A stretch of 64,000 nucleotides of DNA from Octopus bimaculoides (Eukaryota). A program made the translations under genes and the position numbers. Location: NCBI RefSeq assembly GCF_001194135.2, contig NC_068988.1, positions 36,253,811 to 36,317,810 on the forward strand. Reading direction: 5' to 3'. Numbering within the stretch: the stretch's first letter is position 1; the number at the start of each line of letters is the position of its first letter. Shown here piece after piece: positions 38,466 to 52,411 of the stretch. Below the pieces are notes generated by a model, which was not told the origin of the DNA, did not search any database, and was given only the letters and a program-made list of their open reading frames with translations.

Positions 38466-41031
38466 GCCTATGCATAGTTTTTATTTATCTTTATCATCAT
38501 CGTTATGGTCGTTGTTATTGTTGTTGTTTATGTTATTATAATCTTCATCAGTATTATTCAAATTTGGTGGTGGGGACATTTTAGTACAATTTCACTAGAT
38601 TTCGTTTGTGGAATAATTTCATTAACATCTAACTCAAGTGATACCTCTCTTCACTATATATTCCATTCTCTCTGTTAGATGCATTTCCTCAATATTGCTC
38701 GTATCTGAGAGCAGGTTGAAATGTTGACATTAATTACTATTGCTCGGGTTATCTTATTAGGTAAGATTTGCAATATCATATATGTCATATCGTAAAGTAA
38801 TAGTTTTGAATTTAAATTTACAGATAAATTATAGTAAATAAGAAGCATCACATCGCTGCGAAAATACCTTAATGAAACAATCTGGCTTTGAGTAACCAAC
38901 ATTCTTACCAGAACACAAAAGTAAAGAAACCTGAACCTAAATAATGAGTTAAACTGGAATTATTCAAAACTTACTACTTAACAAGATTTAGAGAATGAAT
39001 GTTTCATCTCAAAATAAATGGGAAACATATTCAAAATATATTTGGTATGTCAAAAGCACTAGTGTATATCGAATGCTAAACCGTTTGCAAAATTTATATT
39101 GCTAGACGCTGTGTATATATAAATTGTTTAAACGATAAGAAAGTTAAACAAATTGTTTGCATGCAGTTGTTGAGAGGAGAAAGAATATAGATCTTACACA
39201 TAATATGGTTTCTTTTCAGTATCTGTGCAGTAAGAAGGAATTTATTATTAATTATGTGGCAATGTTTCGAGTAATTTTGTGATTGAATGTAGATTGAAGT
39301 TTTATGCAAAATGTGCTATATTCGTGCGTTTTCAATTATGTTATCATTCAGTAAGCGAATACAAAGAGCATATGTCACTTCGTTGGACAAAAGAGTTATA
39401 TTTAAAGCACGATTAATGTTTAGGTTTCCAAAATATATTTATAACCAAGGTAAATAACGTTGACGCATAGAGAATTAGCGAAATTAGTGAATTACATGAG
39501 GTCACTCATAATGCTCAAATATGAATACTCTTCATGTCTTGGGACAGTGCAGGTAATACATATACAAACACTTTAAAATCTACTTAAAAATATAGCTTAT
39601 CAGTATAATAAAGAAACACTCAGTCGGCAGCACGCTGGAAGTATTTTGCTCGTGTCCCTGTACTGTGTAGTAATTACAATGGATCAAAATATACCTATCC
39701 AAGCTTCCAGAGTACATTTACCATCCTTTTATATTGTGTCCTACTCGACACTGCAAAGATGAAAATATGCAAAATGTTCCTGGAAATCTTATACAATTTG
39801 TGAAGTCTTCAAATTCTCACATCATAAATCGGCAAAAACTATCGAACCTGAGTGTAAATATATTTATCTTAATATTCTGGGATAGTTTTAAATGACCCCG
39901 TATACTATCCATAAATATTCAACAGATAATAATATAGGTTTATATAAATTATATAGAGCTGAGTGAATTCCATCAGTATGGGAAGCAGGTTCAGTTTTAG
40001 ATATCGTAATTTTAATATTGTAATTGTTACACACGGTGGGATCGTTCCTCCAGTTGCTTTGGTTACATAGATGCATGTTTAGTTAGAAATTAAGTACTAT
40101 AATTAAAGGTGATCTTCACTAAGTTTGAGACAATTATTTCTAACCAAGTGGTAAGTATTCTGTAGGAATTCTAAGGCGTTATTACATTATATCAGAATTA
40201 GTTATTAGATTTCGTTCGGGTAATTGACTGCTTCTGAAGTTATTAGCTTTCCTATGCAGAGTGGTACTATTCTATGTGAACTGCAGATTACAAAATATCT
40301 TTTACATTCGTGCACCACAATAAAAGCAATAATGATATCATTAGTTCACTCTCGTTTATAGATAACACGTATTCTCCGCATATACAAAAATGCATTGACA
40401 TTGTGATCGAATACGTTTTAGCGTCATTTTTTCAGTAATATATTTGTGAACTACTACAAACACACGTATGTTACCAACAACATCCTACCCACGTATTCTG
40501 AAAATGTACACCTTATAAAAGTAAAGCTTATGTAACATGAGGCTATTACTTCTGCTCATGAGGTACATTTGATTCCATTATATTGTACCCTAGTCACTAA
40601 GGAGTTGTGCAGAAGCAAGCCGAAACGATCGTTGCGCTCAATAAAGCTCCTAGTACTCTCTATCTTGAGTATCAATTATTTTATATATATATATATGTAT
40701 GAGCACGTGCATGTGTGTGCACGTGCCTGTATTTGCGTTTATGTTTGTGTATGTGTGTGTCTGTGTGCATGTGTATGTGTTTGTGTGTCTGTGTTTGTGT
40801 GTTAATACACAAGAGATTATATTTTAACATAGTCAATGCTGACATCGCATCATTTTGAGCCTTAAACCTACACATTTTTAAGAGGAAATCATTATGTATA
40901 TATTCACATACAAACATATATACATATATATATATATATACATAATATATATATATATATATATATANNNNNNNNNNNNNNNNNNNNNNNNNNNNNNNNN
41001 NNNNNNNNNNNNNNNNNNNNNNNNNNNNNNN

Positions 41032-41065
<34 letters not shown>

Positions 41066-44000
41066 TATAATATGACATGACAAACATTTTACCACATAAT
41101 TAATATATAGTAAATTATGCATATGTTATGCACATATGTATGAAAAAAAATATTCTGCCAACTCCATATTTACAAACATCAAACAAATGTCGTATGAATT
41201 ATGTATTCATTTCTACGAATGTAATATATGATAATTACGACAAATATTATCGTTGTATATGATTGTTTCAGAGTTTATGTGCAACCAGCCTGGGAAAGCA
41301 GAACGAATTGAGATGAAATTTTCCTCTGATGTTAACAATCTTAGAATTATATATTCATTACAAAGTAATATTATGGAAGTTATTATTTGCATTGATTTTA
41401 AACAGAAATGGAATGAAAGATATGAATAAGAGGTAAGTATGTTGTTTTTGCTTCTTTTTTTTTTTTGTGGTCGTCATTTAGCTCCTTGTCATATCTCATA
41501 GAGCATACCTCTTAAAAATAACACACTCGCTCAGAAGACCCGGTTTTATCTTCAGAAATAGAGTCTCTAAGATTGCCTTCTATATGACCTTTCCTAAAAT
41601 CTGTATTTAACAGAGAAATATTTGCAGTTCTTAGCAGCTACAACGAGACTATTATTTTTCAATCAATCAAATATTGATATATATATACTCATGTAATCGA
41701 TGATGACACAATTTAATAGGTGTCAGCTTTAATGAATGTAACAAACCTGGGCACTACCATGACGAATCTACTTAATATCGACGGATTCCATCTTCCAGGA
41801 TAATCTAGAAAATGTTCATACATTATTATATGCAATATATTTTAAGTTATTCTAATAGGTTCTTGGTTGTGTCTCGTTTGAATTGTTTTATTTCGAAATA
41901 TTCTATTTACCAACAGGCTATGTTTTTATAACTTATATCTTATCCTTCTAGAGTTTTGATAATACTAACACACCTTCAGCATTACATTTTGAAATAGCGA
42001 ATATTTATTGTGAGGTTGCTTCATCCTATTATTTTTTACGTAAGTATTGGCTAAGATATTGTTTAGTTTTACTCAGTAGGATTGTAATCTTATGTTATAG
42101 ACATTGTTTGGCACACTACACTTGTTTGCAAGGTCATTTGTTTACTCGTTATTATGTATAACATATTTTGCAGGCGTAGAATAATGAATCTGATGCATAA
42201 AGGAGTACTTAGAAGTAACAGTCGAAAGCTCATTAATATGGAAGCAAAATGAGTACAAATGAGAAAGAACTTTGATGATCTTTCCAGTTGTTAAAAAAAC
42301 CTTGTTGGGATGAATAGATGGCACATACAGCAGTGAATGTGTCTCACAACAAGCAATTAATCTAAATGGTTTATGACTTGAGTATATAGGCTAGAATGTA
42401 CTCTAAACAAATCTGAAGCTTCCTCGGTGATTGTCATTGATAACGGCCATTAAATACTCCAAAATTGCGATGTATGCGACTCTGTGGAGATAAAGATTCA
42501 CAGTGAGGTTTCCGGCTGTTACTTAAAAAGGAAAACAGCTAAAGATAATAAATGGTGGAAATGGGGCAGTGTTTTACAAATGTGTCCATCATAAATGAAA
42601 TGTTGACTTCAAGATGTAATGTTTAATGTTTAGCTGCGTTTGTAGACGCGGGTGGAGTATAACTGTCAACGTTCTGCCCTATGAAGTAACATATAAGGAT
42701 ACTATGGAGAGTTCATTTGAGACAAGTGCCTCCTATTCAAGATGAGAGGTATTAAAAAAAATCACTATGCAAGTATTATGAATGATTTAGAAAAGTGTAT
42801 GTTCTGATTTGAAGTTATAGCGGACAGGTAACAACTTCAGTATTCTCCATGAGTATGTGTGCGGTAAGGAAAAAGATAAATTAGAATTCTTTTTCCACTG
42901 ATTGTGTTAAATAGAATGTAGAGTGAAATATTAAAAATAGAAAGTAGTATGTAGGGTGAAATATTAAAAGGATAACTACTGATTGTTATGCCCATTATCA
43001 TAAGTTAACCAGTCGTTACAATTTAAAAGTGTGATAGTTCAAGAACGAATTGAGATAATACACTTCTTAAGAGAATTTTCAATGATGTGGACAAGGGGAT
43101 GGGCATCTATAGGATCTGTAGGCTACTCACTATTAGGAAATGTTTCTCACATCTCTCAATTCATAAGTAACATCTACAGAAATCGAGGCGTAATTAGTTG
43201 CATGAGTATTTGCAATCTTTATGATGGGAGCAAGCTGCTCGCTCTACTTTAATGAAATAAAGGTAAGGTTTATTCATTTTGATTTGGCAACGGTAGATGT
43301 TTGCTAATTTAAACGAACTGATGCACAAATACACGCACATATACTTATACTAACTAATACTGCACACACAAATTCATCGCCTGAGGTTCTCGTTCAACTA
43401 TTTGATAATTCCTACTGCGTAAACTAAGAGCCTTAAAATGAGAAAATATAGTAGATACTATTGGATCATTGTGACGAGCTTAACATTTAATCTGAACATA
43501 TCAGACCATGAATATTTCACCAGTACCATGGTATTATGACATTTTATTATTAGGAAGTGCATTAAAGTCGCATTTCCTTGGTTTTCTACGTCTTATACAG
43601 ATGGATTTTGTACTTAGGGCGAAGGAAAATGTATAATATACTCAAAGCTATTAAATCAAGGCAGATGATTTTATTCTCTATTGAAAACATTTCCTTTACT
43701 CTTACGTCAGCTATAACGTTCAGAGAGAAAGAACGTGACAAGCGCATTAGATGTTCCCCTAAAATATAGGGCATTTATATATCTGTCAAAAGAATGCCAA
43801 TTTTATCCATATTCCTTCTACAAATGAAGACAATTTATGCACAGTGTAGGTTATATAATCGCCAAATTATTGCTCAATTTATATCTAATCTTATATTGGC
43901 GTATACAGGTAAATTTAATAAATCACTTCCTTTGAGAATTGTTGTGAAGTTTAATACCTAACTCCATTATATGTTAATCAATTCAGACAGTTTAATTCAT

Positions 44001-44702
44001 AGATCTTGCATCGTGGCATACTAACCAAAATGGAACGCAAAAGAAAAAAATCAATATTCTGGCAGCTGATATATAATGCCATGCAAGGATTTTAATGCAT
44101 GAAAGATTTGCATCCAATGATGCTAAACGCTGTTCATTTTGCATTCTGTGTATCAAAAGTAAATAGAAAATTAAAACGGAGGTTAATATTCCGAATACTT
44201 CAATTTATTTATCTTCGTTCATAGCCTTTTCGGTTTCCACTTCACATAAACAGAGAATAATTTATTGTTATAATATATACATGAGTGCGATTATGCATGT
44301 ATCTATGTATATGTTTGACTGTGTGATGATTTTATGTGTGTATGTATGTATGTAATCTAACGATAGACAACAAGGTAAAGGCGTTATTCATAATCATTAG
44401 ACCCCGATTTCGAATTTGCCATGTGGCATCTTGGGTGTCACTTCCTAAAATTTTGGATTAACTCATACCACGAAAAGAATACTTGGTAGAGGAATAATTG
44501 CTGCACCACTAATTCAAAGGTCTAATCCTGCCACACTTTACCATGCTGATCAATCTAGAGAGTTGCATTAAGTATTTAACTACATAAACGGTAATTACTG
44601 GGGCCTGATCGTTTTGTTGCCGAAATAACCGAACAGAGTTGTAAATTATGACCGAATTCTAAGAGTCACATGAGTGCCATGTTCCACATATACTTATCTA
44701 AT

Positions 44703-44897
44703 AGAGTGCTGAAAAGTTCCTAGCTTTGGATAAAAGAAATTACAATTCTATTCAACATATTCCCCTTTCAAATTCATACATTTCTTGCAGAAGTCCTTCA
44801 GTTTTTCTAAGTCCTGTAAAAGAACTCGGAAGGTTGGGTTTTCAACCAGGCCTTTCGTGATACCCTTAAAGCCAGACACTTTTCAGCACCCCCAACG
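44703..44897. mobile_element. Mariner-derived MITE
   Basis: TIRs gtgctgaaaagt..ctagcttt and aaagccagacacttttcagcacc; TA at the right end. Confidence 0.82.
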
Positions 44898-45416
44898 TAT
44901 TGGCTGATGGATTCTGAAATGGCACCCGCCTATATATTTGGATAAACGAAAATACAGGAAGATCAGTTAATTATGACTTCGTAATGCACAACCTCGTAAT
45001 ATACATAGTCTTAACAAAATGTTTCTTTTTTATATTTCGCATTTTTTTTACTAGGAGAAGCCAACGGAATGTATGTTTTGATTTAATGACATAATTCTGT
45101 TCAATGATATATTTCCACATAAAAGTTAGTACATATTTAAAAATTATATATTGTTGTGTTCCAAGGAGTATTTTCTGTATCTGAGAACTTTAGTTTTGTA
45201 TGTTTATTTTTCTTACTTTGGACAACAATGATGTAAGTGTGTAAAAATATACACATATGAAATACACGTTTAATATAGCGAAATGCGATTTTACATTCTA
45301 AAAAGAACTTCATGCGCATAACAAATGTGTGTGTGTGTATACATACATGTATATTTATATATTGATTATTTATGTCTGTGTGTACCTGTATATATATATA
45401 TATATATATTATATAT

Positions 45417-45510
45417 AAGAGGGGCGTATGAAAAAAGTTTTCAGCCCCATAAAAACAAAACATAGTACAAGACTTCTGATGATTTATTTTTCAACATAAT
45501 CCCCCCCTCG
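45417..45510. mobile_element. Truncated mariner-type terminal fragment
   Basis: gaggggcgtatgaaaaaagttttcagcc..ttatttttcaacataatcccccc resembles the ends of the mariner MITEs at 35595 and 44703. Confidence 0.55.
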
Positions 45511-45559
45511 ATGGCCGGTATGACAGACTGTAACAGTTACAGTCTGTCATACCGGCCAT
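45511..45559. repeat. Perfect inverted repeat: 24-bp arms, 1-nt spacer
   Basis: atggccggtatgacagactgtaac-a-gttacagtctgtcataccggccat. Confidence 0.97.
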
Positions 45560-46956
45560 GATGAAATACCACAAGGTATAGAAAATACGTATTCGCCTTT
45601 ATATATTTATATATTTAATCCTTTATATTGAACACTCAATATTTCATATATTCAATAAGACATATTCCATATATTCAATAAGACATTCAATACTTCATTT
45701 CATTGTACCATCCATCTTTTTTTATATTATATATTATATATTCGATATTCTATATCCCACATAAATTTTACAAGAATATAAATAAAAAACATAAAAAAAC
45801 AGAGTTGGAACTCTTTTAAATNNNNNNNNNNNNNNNNNNNNNNNNNNNNNNNNNNNNNNNNNNNNNNNNNNNNNNNNNNNNNNNNNNNNNNNNNNNNNNN
45901 NNNNNNNNNNNNNNNNNNNNNNNNNNNNNNNNNNNNNNNNNNNNNNNNNNNNNNNNNNNNNNNNNNNNNNNNNNNNNNNNNNNNNNNNNNNNNNAATATA
46001 TATATACATATCTACACATATATATGTGTGTGTGTGTGTGTTTGTGTAATTTATATAAGTGTGTACTTGGAAACAATAATTTACAAGATACATTTAACTG
46101 CAGATATATCAAAGTTGATAATGTATTGTTGATTTAAACATACGTCCACTTTTCTCTATCACAAACCTTTTGGAATTCATCCAATCTTGCCCTTTACGAA
46201 TATTTTCTCCTTCAAAACCTGATGAATCAAGACTGTCTGTATAATGTTTAACTTTAAACCGACTCTGTTAGATTTGGTGTCAAAAATGTCAGTCACCCAC
46301 ACCTAAAAAGACATCAATTATTCTGTAGATTCCGACACCTTCCTAACAAATGATTACTTGCTTATGACCTTAACAGGAGGATGTCAGCCGAACAATATAT
46401 GTCGGCCGTGATTCTTTAGCTAAATTCACCTAATTTTCATATTAATGATGTCATGATTTGTGTTTTTATGGTCGTTTTGTACTAATATTGTGAAGTAAGA
46501 ATATTTTAACAAAAAGATTTTTAACAGCGCTTTTTCAGTATTATTGGTATGTGGAATCTCCAGATTTTAGGTTACATCCTTTGATGTTGTTCTATGTTCG
46601 TGTACGTTTTATCAAATTCATTGGAGTCTAAAAGTATAGTCTTCTTGAAATATTTAAACACCGAGTGTTTTAAGCGTTTTAACATTGTTACATTCAAACA
46701 GAAATTCATCTGTGCATGATTCACTTTTAGTTCCCGGGATAATAAAAATATATGTTATCATTGAAGTATATATTAGTATAGAATAAATGGTTTCAAATTT
46801 TGGCACAAAACCAAAATTTTCGGGCTTGGGAGTAAGACGATTAAAACGACGCCAGCACTGACATATATATGTATGTGTATATGTTTATAGATGATATTTA
46901 CAGAAAAACTAAAGACGATCATAGGTATGTTAGTTTGAGGCTCGGGAAAGTGCGGA

Positions 46957-46996
46957 AGTCTTTTACGTTTCGAGCTTATGTTCTTCAACAGAAAGT
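46957..46996 (-). ncRNA. Minimal type-I hammerhead-like motif (A6U variant) inside a repeat
   Basis: Minus strand reads cttt-CTGTTGA-A-GAAC ataa GCTC-GAAACGTA-aaag. Confidence 0.55.
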
Positions 46997-47824
46997 AATA
47001 AGATAAAATAAACAGAGACAGAATAAAAGCGTGTGGATTTAGTGATGAAGCATATATATNNNNNNNNNNNNNNNNNNNNNNNNNNNNNNNNNNNNNNNNN
47101 NNNNNNNNNNNNNNNNNNNNNNNNNNNNNNNNNNNNNNNNNNNNNNNNNNNNNNNNNNNNNNNNNNNNNNNNNNNNNNNNNNNNNNNNNNNNNNNNNNNN
47201 NNNNNNNNNNNNNNNNNNNNNNNNNNNNNNNNNNNNNNNNNNNNNNNNNNNNNNNNNNNNNNNNNNNNNNNNNNNNNNNNNNNNNNNNNNNNNNNNNNNN
47301 NNNNNNNNNNNNNNNNNNNNNNNNNNNNNNNNNNNNNNNNNNNNNNNNNNNNNNNNNNNNNNNNNNNNNNNNNNNNNNNNNNNNNNNNNNNNNNNNNNNN
47401 NNNNNNNNNNNNNNNNNNNNNNNNNNNNNNNNNNNNNNNNNNNNNNNNNNNNNNNNNNNNNNNNNNNNNNNNNNNNNNNNNNNNNNNNNNNNNNNNNNNN
47501 NNNNNNNNNNNNNNNNNNNNNNNNNNNNNNNNNNNNNNNNNNNNNNNNNNNNNNNNNNNNNNNNNNNNNNNNNNNNNNNNNNNNNNNNNNNNNNNNNNNN
47601 NNNNNNNNNNNNNNNNNNNNNNNNNNNNNNNNNNNNNNNNNNNNNNNNNNNNNNNNNNNNNNNNNNNNNNNNNNNNNNNNNNNNNNNNNNNNNNNNNNNN
47701 NNNNNNNNNNNNNNNNNNNNNNNNNNNNNNNNNNNNNNNNNNNNNNNNNNNNNNNNNNNNATATATATATATATATATATGTATGTATATATGCACACAC
47801 ACACACATATATATATGTATATAT

Positions 47825-47855
<31 letters not shown>

Positions 47856-47952
47856 CACACACACATATATATACATATATACATACATACACATATATAT
47901 ATGTATGTGTGTATATGTGTGTGTCTCTTTGTGTGTATACACATATATATGT

Positions 47953-48275
47953 ATGAAGGTAAATGGTTCCGTGGTTAGGGCATCAGCATCTCAAGGTAGT
48001 GATTTCGATTCACGGGCCGGACAGTGTGTTCTGTTCTGAGAAAGACACATTTATTTCAAGTTGCTCCAGTTCATTCAGCTGTAGAAATCAGTTGCGAAAT
48101 TACTAGTACCAAACGGTACCGGCCTTTGCCTTTCTCTTGAATAACACTGGTAGCGTCAAGAGGGGAGGACGGTATGCATGGGTGACTGCTGGTTTCCAAT
48201 AAACAAACTAATGTTGGAGGGGAAGTTCTAGGTGCAATCTCATGTTCATTCATAAACAGATGGTTCTTACCTTTT
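47953..48275 (+). mobile_element. tRNA-derived SINE, family D, degenerate
   Basis: A/B-box-like head tggttccgtggttagg..tttcgattc, followed by gttgctccagttcattcagctgta..ggcctttgcctttc..tctaggtgcaatc. Confidence 0.7.
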
Positions 48276-48661
48276 ACACACACAGACACACAAATAATTA
48301 TATAAATGAGTACTATCAGACGGTTATTTAATAAACACGACACATATTTCAATACAACATATATTCACATATACACTGGATTAAGCAATGGTTTACCTGT
48401 ATAATGGGATCCAGTTGTATGTCCTCAGGTTATACGTATTAGAGTATAAAGTATAAATCGTTCACTCCTAGAATTACCAAATTATTAGAGTACAATGTAG
48501 AGTTCGTTCACGCTTAGAATTACCAAATATTTTCACACACGATGAATATCTGAAAGTAGACTTAGAAGAATACAGCAATACTAACGGCTATTTGTTAACT
48601 CTAAGATTGAACGAGCTTTAATTTATACTCTAATAAGTTCCTAACGAAATGCAACTTAAAT

Positions 48662-48734
<73 letters not shown>

Positions 48735-48740
48735 GTTAGT

Positions 48741-49170
48741 TGAAATATGCAATTACACTGCAGTTACCGCGGAGAAAAAAATCCCTCAACTGATAAAAAG
48801 TTGTGACAACACCATTTCGTTCAGTGTGGCTGTCTGTTAGGAATCTCAGATATCGATGTTTCGAGCCTTTTTACTCTTGCAAATAAGATGTAGCCTGTAG
48901 CTTTTTATATAATTCATTCAACACGTTGACTGATTTGCGCTAGTTGATCGTCATATCGAGATAAATAACGAAGCATTGGCGCAAAGCAATGTTTAGGAGT
49001 GAGCCCAATTTAGGTTACTGGAAATAGTTTTGTCACATATTTCAACTGCTAAAAGCAAATACACTGCAATTACCGTGGAGAAAAATCTCTCCTATGGTAA
49101 AAAGATGTGAAAACACTAGTTGGTCCAGAGACACCATCTGTTAAGAATTTCAGACATCGATGTTTCAAAT
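48741..49170 (+). repeat. Diverged direct duplication of about 125 bp (48741-48867 and 49049-49170)
   Basis: tacactgca(g/a)ttaccg(c/t)ggagaaaaa..tctgtta(g/a)gaat(c/t)tcaga(t/c)atcgatgtttc in both copies. Confidence 0.85.
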
Positions 49171-49775
49171 TTGTTTGCTCTAGTCAATGATATGTACATA
49201 AGGGACGAAACTGTTGTGCTTGCCCAGTTTTACTCATACAGACTATGTAGACCAAATGGATATAACAACCTTGCTCATGGGATATCCTGGTATAAGTCTT
49301 AGCGATAATCTATACAAGTATGTGCGTATGTATGGAGTGACTGATCGTCCTTGACATCATATAAACAATAGAAAATACATGTTTTCCTGCGTATTACGAA
49401 ACAGGCAACCGTGAAACACATTCGTGCAGGCGAACGTCGTTGTCATTGATCTGCATAGTAAACGAAGTTTAGATACGCAAGCACATAGAAAAAGGCAATA
49501 TCTCCAGAAATCACGTACCTATAAATTCCGTAAACGTGTTTCAGCCATGAGAGCAATTAATCCATCTGTATATCATACGAGCTTCAAAATTACAAACAAA
49601 ACTTCTATTATGTAGAGAAGATAATAATTAACGTATTCCACACCTATCTGCATCCAATTTACACTATTTACTGAAACATGTGTAACGTTCTTATAAGTAA
49701 ATATTAACGCGTGAATTTCTGTCACCCAGTTCATGTATACGTATATAAATAAATGTACACACTCATGCAGACAAA

Positions 49776-49830
<55 letters not shown>

Positions 49831-51690
49831 CGCACACACATGCACACATATACATACACAGTGGCCTTTTCGATGAGTGCTATATATATATACAAAAACT
49901 AATACACAAAAACTTTCTCTCTGCTATCAAAATACACACCGAAAAAGCGTAATCAGTGTTGATTATGGAGGACCATACAACAGACATTAGTATCTGTATG
50001 ACATAGTAAACCCATGATTATTTTCATTCAAACGTATTATGTTTACCATTAAGTCCTTTACGAATCATCTTTTCTTAAACCTTTAATGTTGAATTGAATA
50101 AATGTTTGTTCTGACAGTTAACTTTTCCATGATACGTTGTTTATTTCATAGTTGAGGTTTTGGGGTCTTGCACTTAATATGTGGCTGAGTAATTCCACAA
50201 ATGGACCGTTTTATATTGTTTGTATTTTATTCACACTTTCACATGGAATTTAAAGCATATTTCTACATCTTCATTTCACTCATTCTCACATCCACTTCGT
50301 TTCTCACTTATATATGTATAATGAGCATGCGTCTCCCTTTCTGTTTTTATATGTTTGTATGTATGCATATGCATGCGTTTATATGTTTGTATGTGATTTT
50401 GCTTGTTCCTGTGTTTAAAAAGGATACTGTACTCTGTATTGACATCGCTATGGAATATTTTATTATATACCGCTTCCTTTATCCTTTTCTAATTTCCCGT
50501 ATCGAATAAAAAACAATGCTATGATTATCATTGTTTAATACTAGAAGATAATAACATTATAGAGAATTACGTGTTATATACGCCTTTTTATCATTAATAG
50601 ACCTTTAATAAATGATATTTATTAGAATGAATAGAGTCAATCATTCCATAGAATATTGATTTTTGAAGAAATGAAATATAACAGGGAGATGAATTAAGGC
50701 ATCTTCGATTTTAAAAAATATGACATATTACGGCGATAACCGAATATTTAGTGCATAATGCTAAATAGTAAAGATGATAATAATATTTAAGTCCATAAAA
50801 CATATAACAAAATAATTAAGAATAAAAAGAAACAGATTTTTTTTTTTTTTAATTCAAATATATTTTCTGAACGTAAATTAATATCGGTTTCACATTATGA
50901 TCTTTATTTTTAATCGCCAAATCAAATTGTTTATTAAAAAATACAATGACATTGATGAGCGCGAAACGCCGGAAGACTTGAGAAAACAAATTAAAACTCA
51001 TCAAACTAGATTATAGCGTAGGAAGCAATATCATGTGTCCCTTAATTTTTCACTTCGGAAATTATTCAGTGATATTTATGTCAAAAGTGTCCTTCAAATA
51101 AATAATAGACAATAAAATAACTATAAAGAGTTTTTCTATTTCTTTATAAATGAAATGACACCATTCTCCCTGAATAAATAAATGAATATAAGCCGCTCTT
51201 ATGTCTATATGCTTTGTATGTAAGTCACTATACGAAAAGTATGAACAAAGTATGAACATATGAACTAACTTGAGTTTGAAGAAAACACCTGTACAAATTA
51301 TCAATGGAAATGTACAGAGCTTACCAATAAACTAGTTATAAAATACACTAAGTAAAATGATTCGAAGAAAAGATTTGTAACCGTCTATAGTTATATAAAT
51401 GCTACAAGCCGTCATCGCAGTATACAATCTGTTTTCAATAGCAAAAGTATGTATATATTATAAGTTTTACCATGGATTCTTTGCAGCGGAAGTGTTTATT
51501 CAGGCACTGTGTGTCTACTTATGATATGTCTACTGCAAAAACGATACGAAAGCGTATGGGTGCAGACTTGGCTGAGATAAAAATATGGACTTGCAGAAAC
51601 AGTTTTTACATTTGATAAGCCTATCCTATTGCAGATATGGATAATAACATGTACACACACATATATAAGCGTGTGTTTGTAATAGATACA

Positions 51691-51908
51691 ATATTCTTGT
51701 CTACTCTAGGCACAAGACCCGAAATTTCTGGTGAGGGGCCCATTCAATTAGAACGACCTCCAGTATGCAACTGGTACTTAATTTATCGCCTCCGAAAGGA
51801 TGAAAAGCAGAGTCTACTTCAGCGTATTTTGAACTCAGAACGTAAATACAGACGAAATACCGCTAAGCATTTTGCCCAGCGTGCTAACGTTTCTGCCAGC
51901 TCGCCACC
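51691..51908 (-). mobile_element. tRNA-derived SINE, family A
   Basis: Reverse complement begins ggtggcgagctggcagaaacgttagcacgctgggc. Confidence 0.9.
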
Positions 51909-52230
51909 TTATAACCGATACAATATTGCTTAATATTATAACTTGTTCGGTGACGAAAAATATAAAGGAAGTTCTTTTCCATTATATCGAACGGTAATCC
52001 ATGGCATTTTTGTTCTCTTTATCAGATAGACATGAACAGATTTTGGCAGATTTAAAAATATGATGTAAAATAATTTTCTAAATAGAATGCATTATTTATT
52101 TTATGTTGTTTTTTTTTTATACACATTAGACATTTCCGAATACATTGTCTTTAAACAAAATATATATATGGAAACAATATAACAACTGAAATCCCACGAG
52201 AAAAGGATAGAAACAAAGATGGCGAGTATA

Positions 52231-52411
52231 CAGTAATCCCTCAACTATCGCGGATTTTACGTTCCAAAACCCCCCGCGATAGGAGAAAATCCGCGAAATA
52301 GAATCAGTACTAATGCAAAACACCAACACAGAGGAATCGACGTAAGCTTAAATCCCTCCCCCACCCCAAAAAAATGCGACAATTGAACCGCGATATGGCG
52401 AGGGATTACTG
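52231..52411. mobile_element. pogo/Tigger-type MITE, 181 bp, with TA TSD
   Basis: TA-cagtaatccctc..tatcgcgg and ccgcgata..gagggattactg-TA. Confidence 0.9.

Noticed and set aside
50950-50972. TTGATGA-GCGC-GAAACGCC hammerhead-like string
   Set aside because: No stem I, no viable stem II loop and no NUH site; likely chance
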